This document shows, piece after piece, positions 26,193-38,585 of a stretch of 64,000 nt of DNA (its first letter is position 1; every line of letters begins with the position of its first letter). The notes below the pieces were generated by a model that saw nothing but the letters and a program-made list of their open reading frames with translations, ran no database searches and was not told the DNA's origin. Origin of the DNA: Somniosus microcephalus (lineage: Eukaryota). The stretch lies in contig CM126205.1 of assembly GCA_052327205.1 (NCBI GenBank), positions 19,654,001 to 19,718,000 of the forward strand. Reading direction: 5' to 3'. The translations under genes were made by a program, and so were the position numbers.

Positions 26193-26888
26193 CACAGCCT
26201 GGTATACTAATACTAAAACCTTCCCAGGCCTGACATTCCCAGACATTACATCACTTGTTATTTCTTAAAGAACCATCCGTTGTTTGAGTTTCGGAACTTT
26301 TATCTTTCCCGTTGAATTCATGATCTGCAAGCAGTTAATATCTTACATACCAAATAACTTTTACATAGAATTACATAGAATTGGCAGCACAGAAACAACC
26401 CATTCGGCCCAAGTGTTCTGTGCCCGGGTTTATGCTCCACAAAAGCCTCCTCCCTGCCTACTTTATGTAACCCTCTCTGCATATCCTCTAATCCTTTCCC
26501 CCCTCATGTGCTTATCTTAAATGCATCTATGCTATTCCCATCAATCACTCCATGTAGTAGCAAGTTCCACATTCTAACATTCTCTGGGTAAAAACATTTT
26601 TCCTGATTTCCTTATTGGATTTATTAATGACTATATCATACAGATGAGCCCTAGTTTTGGTCTCCCCAACAAGTGGAAAGATGTTCTATAAGTCTAACAC
26701 TTTCATAATGTTGAAGACCGCTATTAAGTCACCCTCCAGCCTTCGGTTTCCCAGAGAACTGATCCCCAGCCTGTTCAGTCTTTGCTGCTAGTTACCTTTA
26801 ATTGTAACGAACTGATGATGCTTATTAACAGAACAATGTTTTGACTTTGATCATCAAAATAAAAAGTACAGAATTAAACTTCTCTTAC

Positions 26889-26948
26889 TTGGCTGCACCA
26901 TTAGCTTGGTCCCAGATCCAAATGTTAGTTTGTAACCTCCAGCATTCA
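26889..26948 (-). CDS. TRAJ: J36, chimeric C/A: NAGGYKLTFGSGTKLMVQP
   Basis: GT donor; RSS CACAGCA-12-GCAAAAACT. Confidence 0.92.
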
Positions 26949-27372
26949 CACAGCATTGCGGCCTTTGGCAAAAACTCCCTTCTGACTAACTTTGTTTCAT
27001 TACTGCTCTTTCTGGCCGTTATGTTTGAATACGTGGTTTGCACATCATTAATTGAGATTATGCACAATGCATGTCCTGCCCGTGCAGAAACCCTAAAACT
27101 GATGCCAAGCAGATTGACTGTGTACGAATTCAACTGTACGTTATATATATATGCATTATCAACATTCCGGGTTAAAATAGCAACAATTGCTAAATTTTGC
27201 CTTATTCCCTGAATTATCATATCGATACCACATTACGAAGTGGCATAAATGTTCCAGTATTCAGGAGTAATTGATCATTTAGAGAAATGATTTGGTACAT
27301 TGTAGGCAGCGCAGAGAACGCACGCATATATGTAAGTAAATAGACAGTCTATAGTTATTAATGAATACCTAC

Positions 27373-27435
27373 TTGGCTCAACAGCTAACTTTGTCCCTTT
27401 TCCAAATATAAGCTTGGTGGCACCCCCAACATTCA
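27373..27435 (-). CDS. TRAJ: J37, family A: NVGGATKLIFGKGTKLAVEP
   Basis: GT donor; RSS CACAGCA-12-GCAATAACT. Confidence 0.92.
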
Positions 27436-27957
27436 CACAGCATTGCGGCCTTTAGCAATAACTCTCTTCAGACTAACTTTAGTTCATTTCTGCTCTGTCT
27501 GGCAGTTATATTTGATTCTTGGTATCACCCAATCCCATAATTGTGATGCTATCTGTGGAAACCGTTTCAAATGCCCACTGTTATTTATTAGGCATATCTG
27601 ATTTTAATAAAAATATTCTGTTCATCACTCAAGCTTAACTTACTTTTTTCATTAAAAAGCTAAGACTACCATTTATATATCAGATCACCAGAACTCGCTG
27701 AAGGCTTCCCAAGTAGTTCTAAAAGTGGAGCCCTCCCTCAGTACTGCGCTGGAATATCAACTTGCATTACATGTTTTCGAATAGAGTGAGGATCCATCTC
27801 ACAACTTTCTAACTCGAAGGATGGGCTGCCAGCAACAGAGCAAAGTTATGATTTCTGTCACTTTTCTCTATTTGATCCACATTTGAATTGATTTGTTGCC
27901 CTGCTTCTCTTTTGTGCTCTAACACATGAAACAGACATCCTTAAACATCTCACTTAC

Positions 27958-28017
27958 TTGGGATAACACTGAGCCTGGTCCCAGTTCCAAAGATCAGCTT
28001 AGTATTACCAAGATTCA
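27958..28017 (-). CDS. TRAJ: J38, family B: NLGNTKLIFGTGTRLSVIP
   Basis: GT donor; RSS CACAGCC-12-ACTAAAACC. Confidence 0.92.
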
Positions 28018-28701
28018 CACAGCCTGATATACTAATACTAAAACCTTCCCCAGCCAGACATTCCCAGACATTTCTGCACTTGTTATTCCTTAAAGAACCA
28101 TCCGTTTTATGAGTTTTGGAACTTTTATCTTTCTTTTCAATTTAAGATGAGCAAACAGTTAATATCTTCCATATCAAATAACTTTTACATGTAATTACAA
28201 CTGACATCACAGAAACAGGCCATTCAGCCCAAGTGTTCGCTGTCCGTGTTTATGCTCCACACAAGCCTCCTCCCTCCCTACTTCATCAAACCTTCTCTGC
28301 ATATTCTTCAAATGCTTTCTTCCTCATGTGCTTATCTTAAATAAATCTATTCTATCCCCATCAACTACTGCATGTAGTAGCAAGTTCCACATTCTAACCA
28401 CTCTCTGGGTGAATAACCTTCTCCTGAATTCTTTATTGGATTGATGAGTAACTATATCATACAAATGAGCCCTGTCTTCCCAACTAGTGGAAAGATCTTC
28501 TATAAGTCTAACCCCTTTATAATGTTGAAGACCTCTATTAATCACCCTTCAGCCTTCTCTTTCCCAGAGAACTGATCCCCAGCCTGTTCAGTCTTTGCTG
28601 ATAGTTACCTTTAATTGTAACGAACTGACGATACTTATTAACAAAACAATGATTTGACAGTGATCATCACAATAAAAACTACAGAATTAAACTGCACTTA
28701 C

Positions 28702-28761
28702 TTGGCTGCACCATTAGTTTGGTCCCAGATCCAAATGTTAGTTTGAAACCTCCTTCAGTCA
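28702..28761 (-). CDS. TRAJ: J39, chimeric C/A: TEGGFKLTFGSGTKLMVQP
   Basis: GT donor; RSS CACAGCA-12-GCAAAAACT. Confidence 0.92.
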
Positions 28762-29183
28762 CACAGCATTGCACCCTTTGGCAAAAACTCCTTTCAGAGT
28801 TTCTTTAGTTCATTACTGCTCTTTCTGGCAGTTATATTTCAATACTTGGTTTGCACATCATAAATTGACATTATGCACAATGCATTACCTGCCAGTGTGG
28901 AAACCCTTTACCTGAGGCCAAGCAGATTGACTCTCTACGAAATCAACTGTACGTTATATATATGCATTATCAATATTCCAGGTTCAATTAGAAACAAATG
29001 CATAATCTTGCATTATTCCCTGAAGTATCATATCCCCACTCCAATAAGAAGCAGCATAAATGTTCAAATATTGAGGCATAATTGAACATTTCGAGAAATT
29101 ATTTGATACATTGTCAGCAGTGCCGAGAACACACACATATATGTAAGTAAATAGACAATCCATAGTTATTAATGAATACCTAC

Positions 29184-29246
29184 TCGGTTCCACAGTTAAC
29201 TTTGTCCCTGTTCCAAAGATAAGCTTGTTGCCAATTCCATCATGCA
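29184..29246 (-). CDS. TRAJ: J40, family A: HDGIGNKLIFGTGTKLTVEP
   Basis: GT donor; RSS CACAGCA-12-GCAAAAACT. Confidence 0.92.
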
Positions 29247-29760
29247 CACAGCATTGAACCCTTTAGCAAAAACTCCTTTCAGACTAACATTAGTACATTC
29301 CTGCTCTGTCTGGCGGTTATATTTGAATATAACCCAATCCCAGTCCCATAATTGAGATACTATGTGTAGAAACCGTTTCGAATGCCTACTCTTATTTATT
29401 AGGTATCTCTGATTTAAAAAATATATTCTGTTTATCGCTCAAGCAGGGCTTAGCTTTTTCATTAATAAGCTAAAGCTACCATTTATATATCAGTTCACCC
29501 GAATTCCCTGAATGCTTCCCAAGTAGTTCTGAAAATGTAACCCTCCCTCAGTAGTGCACTGGACTACCAACTTGCATTACATGTTTTCGTTGAGGATCCA
29601 TCTCACAGCTTTCTAACTCAAGGATTGGCTGCCAGCAACAGAGCAAAGTTATGATTTCTGACAATTTTCTCCATTTGATCCACATTTTAAGTAATTTGTG
29701 GACCTGCTCCAGTTTTGTGCTCTAACACATAAAACAGACATCCTTAAACATCTCACTTAC

Positions 29761-29820
29761 TTGGTATAACATTGAGCCTGGTCCCTGTTCCAAAGATCAG
29801 CTTATTATTACCAAGATTCA
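29761..29820 (-). CDS. TRAJ: J41, family B: NLGNNKLIFGTGTRLNVIP
   Basis: GT donor; RSS CACAGCC-12-ACTAAAACC. Confidence 0.92.
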
Positions 29821-30521
29821 CACAGCCTGATATACTAATACTAAAACCTTCCCCAGCCAGACATTCCCAGACATTATGTGACTTGTTGTTTCTTAAAGAA
29901 CCATCTGTTTTTTGAGTTAAGTTGTGGAATGTTTACATTTCCCTTTGAATTTATGATGTGCAAACAGTTAATGTCTTCCATACTAAATAACTTTTACATA
30001 GAATTACATAGAATTGGCAGCACAGAAACAACCCATTCGGCTCAACTGGTCTGTGCTCGACATTATGCTCCACACAAGCCTCCTCCCTCCCTACATTATC
30101 AAAACCTCTCTGCATATTCTTCTAATCCTTTCTCCCTCATGTTGTTATCTTAAATGCATCTATGCTATTCCCATCAACTACTCCATGTAGTAGCGAGTTC
30201 CACTTTCTAAGCACTCTTTGGGTAAATAACTTTGCCCTGAATTCTTTATTGGATTTATTAGTAACTATATCATACAGAGGAGCTCTAGTTTTGGTTTCCT
30301 CAACAAGTGGAAAGATCTTCTATAAGTCTAACCCTTTCATAATGTTGAAGACCTCTATTAATTCACCCGTCAGCCTTCTCTTTCCTAGAGAACTGATCCC
30401 CAGCCTGTTCAGTCTTTGCTAATAGTTACCTTTATTTTAACGAACTGACGATGCTTATTAACAAAACAATGTTTTGACTGTGATCATCATAATAGAAAAT
30501 ACAGAATTAAATTTCTCTTAC

Positions 30522-30581
30522 TTGGCTGCACCATTAGTTTGGTCCCAGATCCAAATGTTACTTTGAAACCTCCATCAGTCA
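30522..30581 (-). CDS. TRAJ: J42, chimeric C/A: TDGGFKVTFGSGTKLMVQP
   Basis: GT donor; RSS CACAGTA-12-GCAAAAACT. Confidence 0.92.
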
Positions 30582-30941
30582 CACAGTATTGCGCCCTTTG
30601 GCAAAAACTCCCTTCAGACTAACTTTAGTTCATTGCTGCTCTTTCTGTCCGCTATGTTTGAATACATGGTTTGTACATTATAATTTGAGATTATGCACAA
30701 TTCATTACATGCCAGTGCAGAAACCCTTTACCTGATGTCCACCATGTTGATTATCTATGAAATCAACTGTACGTTATATATATGCATTATCAATATTCCA
30801 GGTTAAATGATTAACAAATGCCTATTCTTCAATTATTGCATGAATTATCATATCCATACTCCAATAAGAAGTGGGCAGTGCAGAGAACACACTCAGATAT
30901 GTAAGTAAATAGACAATCTACAGTTATTAATGAATACCTAC

Positions 30942-31004
30942 TTGGCAACACAATTAACTTTGTCCCTTTTCCAAATATAGGCTTCGTGGCACCTCCAGCA
31001 TTCA
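30942..31004 (-). CDS. TRAJ: J43, family A: NAGGATKPIFGKGTKLIVLP
   Basis: GT donor; RSS CACAGCA-12-GCAAAAACT. Confidence 0.9.
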
Positions 31005-31614
31005 CACAGCATTGCCCCCTTTAGCAAAAACTCCCTTCAGGCTAACTTTAGAGCATTGATGCACTTTCTGGAGGTTATATTTGAATACTTGGTATCACCC
31101 AATGTGATAATTGTGAGGCTATCTGCAGAATCAGTTTTCAAATGGCCATTGTTACTTATTAGGTATCTCTGATTTTTAAAAATATATTCTGTTCATCACT
31201 CAAGGATAAACGTACTTTTTTCATTAATAAGCTAAGGCTACCATTTATATATCAGACCACCAGAACTCCCCGAATGCTTCCCAGGTAGTTCTGAAAGTGG
31301 AACCCTCCCTCAGTACTGCGCTGGACTATCAACTTGCATTACATGTTTTCGGTATAGAGTGAGGATCCATCTCACAACTTTCCAGCTCAAGGATGGGCTG
31401 CCAGCAACAGAGCAAAGTTATGATTTCTGACACTTCTTTCATTTGATCCAAATTTTAATTAATTTGTTGACCTGCTTCTCTTTTGTGCTTTTACATAGAA
31501 TTACATAGAATTGGCAGCACAGGAACAACCCATTCGGCCCAACTGGCGTGTACCCATGTTTATTTTCCACTCAAGCCTCCTCCCTTCATACTTTATCAAA
31601 CGCTCTCTGCAGAT

Positions 31615-31924
31615 CACAGAATCCCCACAGTGCAGATAGAGGTCATTTCGGCCCATCGAGTCTGCACCGACACATATCCCACCCTATCCCCGTAACCCCA
31701 CGTATTTAATCCCCTAACACTAAGGGTCAATTTATCATAGCCAAATCAACCTAACCCGCACATCTTTGGACTGTGGGAGGAAACCGGAGCACCCGCAGGA
31801 AACCCATGCAGACACAGGGAGAATGTGGAAACTCCACACAGACAGTCGCCAGAGGCCGGATTTGAACCCTGGTCCCTGGCCCTGTGAGGCAACAGTGCTA
31901 ACCACTATGCCACTGTGCACCGTG
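31615..31924 (-). mobile_element. tRNA-derived SINE with V-domain-like core (HE1/V-SINE type), nested in the unit CR1 fragment
   Basis: ggactgtgggaggaaaccggagcaccc..cagacacagggagaatgtggaaactccacacagacag core; tRNA-like head at right end; gatc duplicated at both ends; empty site at ~17626. Confidence 0.85.
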
Positions 31925-32331
31925 GATCCTTCTAATCCTTTCTCCTTCATGTGCTCATCCTAAATTCATCTATGCTATTCCCATCAACTACTCCATGAAG
32001 TAGCGAGTTCCACATTCTAACCACTCTCTGGGTAAATAACCGTTTCCTGAATTCTTTACTGGATTTATTAATGACTATATCATACAGATGAGCCCTAGTT
32101 TTGGTCTCGCCAACAAGTGGAGATATCTTCTATAAATCTAACCCCTTCATAATGTTGAAGACCTCTATTAATCACCCTTCAGCCTTGTCTTTCCCAGAGA
32201 ACTGCTCCCCAGCCTGTTCAGTCTTTACTGATAGTTACCTTTAATTGTAACGAACTGACGATACTTATTAACAAAACAATGTTTTGACTTTGATCATCAC
32301 AATAAAAAATATAGAATTATACTTCACTTAC

Positions 32332-32388
32332 TTGGCTGCACCATTAGTCTGGTCCCAGATCCAAATGTTAGTTTAATGAGATTACTCA
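32332..32388 (-). CDS. TRAJ: J44, family C (native): SNLIKLTFGSGTRLMVQP
   Basis: GT donor; RSS CACAGCA-12-GCATAAACC. Confidence 0.92.
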
Positions 32389-32695
32389 CACAGCATTACA
32401 TACCAGTGCATAAACCATTTTACCCGATGTCAGGCATATTGACTATCTACAAAATCAACTGTATGTTATATTTATGCTTTATCAATATTCCAGGTTATAT
32501 TTTATACAAATGCCCATTTTTGCATTATTGCCTGAATTATCATATCCATACTCCAACAAGCAGCGGCATAAATGTTCCAATATTCAGGATTAATTGAACA
32601 TTTACAGAAATGATTTGATACATTGTGGGCAGTGCAGAGAAAACACCCATATATTAAAGTAAATAGACAGTCTATAGTTATTAATGAACACCTAC

Positions 32696-32758
32696 TTGGC
32701 TCCACCGTTAACTTTGTCCCTTTTCCAAATATAAGCTTATCGTTAGCTCCAGAATTCA
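32696..32758 (-). CDS. TRAJ: J45, family A: NSGANDKLIFGKGTKLTVEP
   Basis: GT donor; RSS CACAGCA-12-GCAAAAACT. Confidence 0.93.
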
Positions 32759-33281
32759 CACAGCATTGCGCCCTGTAGCAAAAACTCCCTTCAGACTAAT
32801 TTTAGTACATTCCTGCTCTGTCTGGCGGATATATTTGAATACTTGGGATCACTCAATCCCATTATTGTGAAACATTCTCTACAACCCATTTTAAATGACC
32901 ATTGATAGTTATTAGGCATATATGGCCTTTTAACATTTTACTCTGCTATAACCCAAAACATGAATTATTGCTTGTGCATCAAGAAGCTAAGGCTTCCATT
33001 TATACATTAGATCACCAGAACTCGCTGAATACTTCTGAAAGTTCTGAAAGTGGAACCCTCCCTCAGTAGTGCGCTGGACTATCAACTTGCATTACATGTT
33101 TTCGGTATAGAGTGAGGATCCATCTCACAACTTTCTAACTCAAGGATGGACTGACAGCAACAGAGCAAAGTTATGATTTCTGACACTTTTTTCATTTGAT
33201 CCACATTTTAATTAATTTGTTGACCTGCTTCTCTTTTGTGCTCTAACACATAAAACAGACATCTTTAAACATCTCACTTAC

Positions 33282-33341
33282 TTGGTATAACATTGAGCCT
33301 GGTCCCAGATGCGAAGCTAAGCTTATTATTACCAAGATTCA
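33282..33341 (-). CDS. TRAJ: J46, family B with FASG variant: NLGNNKLSFASGTRLNVIP
   Basis: GT donor; RSS CACAGCC-12-ACTATAACC (weak nonamer). Confidence 0.82.
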
Positions 33342-34037
33342 CACAGCCTGATATACTATTACTATAACCTTCGCCAGCCAGACATCACCAGACATTTCAT
33401 CTCTTGTTATTTCTTAAAGAACCATCCGTTTTATGAGTTTTGGAACTTTTATCTTTCCCTTTGAATTGATGAGGTGCAAAGAGTTAATATCTTCCATACC
33501 AAATAACTTTTACATAGAATTACATAGAATTGGCAGCACAGAAACAGGCCATTCAGCCCAAGTGTTCTGTGCCCGGGTTTATGCTCCACACAAGCCTCCT
33601 CCCTCCCTACTTTTTCTAACCCTCTCTGCATATCCTTCTAATCCTTTCCCCGTCATGTGCTTATGTTAAATGCATCTATGCTATTCCCATCAACTACTCC
33701 ATGTAGTAGCGAGTTCCACACTCTCAGCACTCTCTGGGTAAAAACATTTTTCCTGATTTCTTTATTGGATTTATTAATGACTATATCATACAGAGGAGCC
33801 CTAGTTTTGGTCTCCCCAACAAGTGGAAAGATCTTCTATAAGTCTAACCCCTTCATAATGTTGAAGACCTCTATTAATCACCCTTCAGCCTTCTCTTTCC
33901 CAGAGAACTGATCCCCAGCCTGTTCAGTCTTTGCTGATAGTTACCTTTAATTGTAACGAACTGACGATACTTATTATCAGAACAATGTTTTGACTGTGAT
34001 CATCATAATAGAAAATACAGAATTAAACTTCTCTTAC

Positions 34038-34097
34038 TTGGCTGCACCATTAGTTTGGTCCCAGATCCAAATGTTAGTTTGTAACCTGCAGCATTCA
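34038..34097 (-). CDS. TRAJ: J47, chimeric C/A: NAAGYKLTFGSGTKLMVQP
   Basis: GT donor; RSS CACAGCA-12-GCAAAATCT. Confidence 0.91.
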
Positions 34098-34514
34098 CAC
34101 AGCATTGCGCTCTTTGGCAAAATCTCCCTTCAGACTAACTTTAGTTGAATGCTGCTGTGTCTGGCCGTTATATTTGAATACTTGGTTTGCACATCATAAA
34201 TTGAAATTATGCACAATGCATTACTTGCACAATGCAGAAAACCTTTACCTGTTGCCAAGCGTATTGATTATCTACAAAATGAACTGTACGTTATATATAT
34301 GCATTATCAATGTTCCAGGTTGAATTATTAACAAATGCCTAATCTTGCATTATTGCCTGAATTATCCTATCCATACTCCAAATAGAATAAATGCTCCAAT
34401 ATTTAGGAGTAATTGAACATTTAGAGAAATGCTTTGGTACATTGTAAGCAGTGCAAAGAACGCACTCAGATATGTAAGTAAATAGACAGTCTGAAGTTAT
34501 TAATGAATACCTAC

Positions 34515-34577
34515 TTGGCTCCACAGTTAACTTGGTCCCTTTTCCAAAGGTAAGCTTATCGGTACCTGCTGCATTCA
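34515..34577 (-). CDS. TRAJ: J48, family A: NAAGTDKLTFGKGTKLTVEP
   Basis: GT donor; RSS CACAGCA-12-ACAAAAACA. Confidence 0.92.
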
Positions 34578-35396
34578 CACAGCATTGCACCCTTTAACAA
34601 AAACACCCTTCAGACTAACCTTAGTACATTGCTGCTCTATCTGGCGGTTATATTTTAAAACTTGGTATCATCGAATCCCATTATTATGGAAATTTCTCGA
34701 CAAATTAATTAAAATAAATATGGATAATTATTAAGCATATATTACTTTAAAGATATTCTGTTGTTAACCCAAGCATGATTTATTCCTTGTGCATTAAAAA
34801 ACTAAGGCTGCCATTTAAATATAAGTTCACCAGGTGTCCTGAAAGTAGAACCCTCCCTCCGTACATCCCTGGACTATCAACTTGCATTACATGTTTTATA
34901 TATAGAGTGGCGATCCACCTCGCAACTATCCAACTGAACAAACCTAGGATTCCTGACACTTCTCTCCCAATGTCAGTTGGTTGGTTCATTAATGAAAGCT
35001 TAGGTTGTTTTATTACAGTCATATGTCTTTATTGTCCTGTCGTTAACGTCAATAGCTGGTAATTAGTTTCAAGATGATTGTAAGCATTATAGTGTTTATT
35101 TGAAGATTATAATGCTGGCAATAATCCTGCATTATGATATCCATACTCCAATATCATGTTCAACTCAGGTAATCATTTTAGGTTAATAAGGTGCATAATG
35201 GCAGACAATTAACTGCACTGATCAGAACCATCACTCATGATACCTGGATGATCATATCCATACTCCAATAAAAAGCTGCATAAATGTTCCAATATTCAGG
35301 AATAATTGATCGTATAGAGAAATGATTTGATACATTGTGGGCAGTACAGAGAACACACACAAATATGTAAGTAAATAGTTATTAATGAATACCTAC

Positions 35397-35459
35397 TTGT
35401 CTCCACCGTTAACTTTGTCCCTTTTCCAAAGAGAAGCTCATAGTTACCTCCAGCATTCA
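35397..35459 (-). CDS. TRAJ: J49, family A: NAGGNYELLFGKGTKLTVET
   Basis: GT donor; RSS CACAGCA-12-GCAAAAACT. Confidence 0.9.
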
Positions 35460-36809
35460 CACAGCAATGCGCTCTTTAGCAAAAACTTCCTTCAGACTAA
35501 CTTTAGTAGATTACTGCTCTTTCTGACGGTTATATTTCAATACTTGGTATCACTCAATCTCATTATTATGAAACTATCTGTCCAAACCATTTATAATAAC
35601 TATTGCTAATTATTAGGCTTATGTGACTATATATTTTATTTATTTATTCTGCTTATAAACCCAAGCCGGACTTATTTCTTGTACATTAAAAAGGTAAGGC
35701 TACCATTTATACATCAGTTCACCAGAACTCTCCAAATGCTTCCCAAGTACTTCTAAAAGTGGAACGCTCCCTCTGTATCTCGCTGGACGATCAACTTGCA
35801 TTACATTTTTTCAGTATAGAATGGAGATGCAGCTCGCAACATTCTAACTCGCAGAATGGAGTGACAACAACTCAGCAAAGCTATGATTTCTGACACTTTT
35901 CTCTCCCAATTTCAGTCGGGTACTTCATCACTGAAAGCTTAGGTTGTTCTATTTCAATCACGTTTCTTTATTTTCCAGCAGTTAATGTCAATAGCTGCAA
36001 TTAGTTTCCAGATTATTGTCAGAATTATAGTATTTAATATAATTGCCACATTATATTAAAGCCTATAATGCTGACAATAATCTGGTAACATTTGGAATTT
36101 GTTACTTGAAAACAAATAACAATAATAATTAGATATTGACATATTTTTCAGCTGTAAATGAGAGTAAGATTTGATCTGATCTCAAATGAGGTGAATATTG
36201 AAAGCACTTTCAGTGTGCAAAGAATGAATTTGAGGCCATTTCACGTGGCCACTTTCTTATGGCACAATTACTTTATTCTTTCTTCCTGATCATTAGCAGA
36301 CAAGGTAAACTATTGCTGACAGGTTGTTAATGCAAAATAATCACATTCACCACTGATACACTGCTAAAATTATGCTACCAGCGTTTAGTTGCTACAAATT
36401 GCCCACTATCGCTACACAACTCGACAAAACAGAAAAATACGCTAATTCCAACTCCATTTTCAATTTATACAGATTATATATGAGGGCTACTTGAATGTAT
36501 TTAATGGACAATTAAGGGCAATGGAAACGATTACGATAGCGTTCAGCTCATCAGCTTGCATCTTCATCGAAGATTTGAAATGTCATTCAGACACTTGTAA
36601 AGTCTTATCTCAGTATTAGCGAACACCCGCATTATTTGGAGAGTCGGAGATGGGTCCAAAGTAGTGTCGGTTGTTTCAAGAAAGTCTGTATTAAGTGTGC
36701 TAAATTTTGAAGATGACTGATTATACGTGGGATGACCAAGAAGAGATTTAATGTGATTTATTTTACAGATAGTCTATTGGAGAGAAAAAAACATGGAGAT
36801 GTAAAGGAA

Positions 36810-37050
36810 CTTTACCCAGAGAGTGGTGAGAATGTGGATCTCGCTACCAGAGGGAGTGGTTGAGGCGCATAGTATCGATGCATTTAAGGGGAGGCTAGAT
36901 AAGCATATGAGGGAGAAAGCAATAGAGGGTTATGCTGATAGAGTTAGACGAGGAAGGATGTAAGGAGGCTCAAGTGGCGCATAAACGCCAGCATGGACTG
37001 GTTGAGCCGAATGGCCTGTTTCTGTGCTGTATATCCTATGTAATCTATGT
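36810..37050 (+). mobile_element. CR1 3'-end fragment inserted a few bp from the J50 splice donor
   Basis: ccagagagtggtgagaatgtgga..gccgaatggcctgtttctgtgctgta..tatgtaatctatgt; absent next to paralog J55. Confidence 0.85.
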
Positions 37051-37057
37051 AACTTAC

Positions 37058-37117
37058 TGGGTTGAACTCTGAGCTTTGTCCCAGCTCCAAATATCACCTT
37101 GTAGGAGTCAGCACTCA
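37058..37117 (-). CDS. TRAJ: J50, family D: SADSYKVIFGAGTKLRVQP
   Basis: GTAAGT donor; RSS CACACTG-12-ACAAAAATC. Confidence 0.9.
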
Positions 37118-37364
37118 CACACTGTTATACCCCTCAACAAAAATCCCTTCCTGAACAATGAGTCATCTCCGTCGCACATCCCCATACAAGTTAAGGACGC
37201 CCCGTTGATATTCTTGAGGTAGATCATTTCCAAATTACACAATGACAGCGTTGTGAGCCAAATTACATAAAAATTAATTTGATCCATAGTTCAAAGAATC
37301 TGATGGGATGCTTCTCTTTTATGTGCTAAGACATAAAACAAACGCCCTTAAACATCTCACTTAC

Positions 37365-37421
37365 TTGGCATAACATGGAGTCTGGTCCCAGATCCAAAGA
37401 TCAGCTTACCAGCAACGTTCA
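37365..37421 (-). CDS. TRAJ: J51, family B: NVAGKLIFGSGTRLHVMP
   Basis: GT donor; RSS CACAGCC-12-ACTAAAACC. Confidence 0.92.
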
Positions 37422-38122
37422 CACAGCCTGATATGTTAATACTAAAACCTTTCCCAGCCAGACATTGCATCGCTTGTTATTTCTTACAGAACCACCTGTT
37501 TATTGAATTAAGTTTTGGAATGTTTGCACTTGCCTTTAAATGTATGGTGTGCTAAAAGTTAATATCTTCCATGCCAAATAACTTTTACATAGAGCTTACA
37601 GCACAGAAAGAGACCATTCGCCCCAACTGGTCTATGCCCGTGTTTATACTCCACACGAGCCTCCCCCCACCTACTTCATCTCACCCTCTCTGCCTATCCT
37701 TCTAATCCTTTCTCCATCGTGTATTTATCTACCTTCTCCTTACATGAATCTTTGTGCTATTCACATCAACTACTTCATGTGGTAGTGAGTTCCACATTTC
37801 TAACCACGCTCTGGGTAAAGACGTTTCTCCTGAATTCTCAATTGGATTTATTAGTGACTATCTCATTTTGATGACCCCTAGTTTTGATCTCCCCCACAAT
37901 TTGAACCATCTTTCCTACGTCTACCCTATCAAACCCCTTCATAATTTTAAAGACCTCAGCCTTCTCTGTTCTAGAGAAATGATGAAATGATCCCAGCCTA
38001 TTCAGTCTTTCCTGACAGTTATTATTTTCTGTTAATTTAACAAACCGACGATACTTATTAACAAAACAGTGGTTTGACTATCATCATCATGACAAAAAGA
38101 TGCAGAATTAAACTTCACTTAC

Positions 38123-38179
38123 TAGGTTGCACGATTAGTTTGGTCCCAGATCCAAATATTAGCTCATTGAGACTATTCA
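38123..38179 (-). CDS. TRAJ: J52, family C (native): NSLNELIFGSGTKLIVQP
   Basis: GT donor; RSS CACAGCA-12-GCATAAACC. Confidence 0.91.
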
Positions 38180-38522
38180 CACAGCATTACATACCAGTGC
38201 ATAAACCCTTTACCTGATGCCAAGCATATAGACTATGTACAAAATCAACTGTATGTTATTTTTATAGATTATCAATATTCCAAGTTAAAATATTAACAAG
38301 TGACTCATCTTGCATTATTCCCAGCTTATTTAAATCAATATTAAGTTCAGTCGGTCACACACATTAATGCCACCTCGTTACGGAATGTAAAACTATAGTT
38401 TAATTCTGGCTAGATTTATTTGGTGTCCATTGGCCATCTGTACATTATTTTGACCAAAATTTATAATTTGCTTGCAAACTAATTTGCCTGATTATTTTGT
38501 GTAACTATGATTGAGTTCTTAC

Positions 38523-38585
38523 CGGGATTAACAATGAGCTTGGTGCCGCTTCCAAATACCATTTTACCATGTCCTCCAGAATCCA
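38523..38585 (-). CDS. TRAJ: J53, family E (single copy): DSGGHGKMVFGSGTKLIVNP
   Basis: GTAAGA donor; RSS CACAGTA-12-ACAAGAACT. Confidence 0.92.

Larger units (their letters stand above)
10600..35500. repeat. Tandem ~1.8-kb A-B-C triplet units, some with an extra A or lacking B; each carries the same minus-strand CR1 3' fragment before C
   Basis: The CR1 fragment (typically starting acatagaattacatagaattggcagcacagaaac) recurs at ~11580, 14205, 16025, 17505, 19350, 21910, 24555, 26365, 28185, 29995, 31492 and 33510 (also 37585) in the same position relative to the Js. Confidence 0.9.

Noticed and set aside
1-35500. Conserved-flank/variable-core periodicity suggesting CRISPR or diversity-generating cassettes
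   Set aside because: Fully explained by duplicated J segments with RSS and splice donors
1-35500. Tandem units as a pure assembly artefact
   Set aside because: Units differ by many substitutions, distinct J peptides and unit-specific insertions; exact copy number still needs read support
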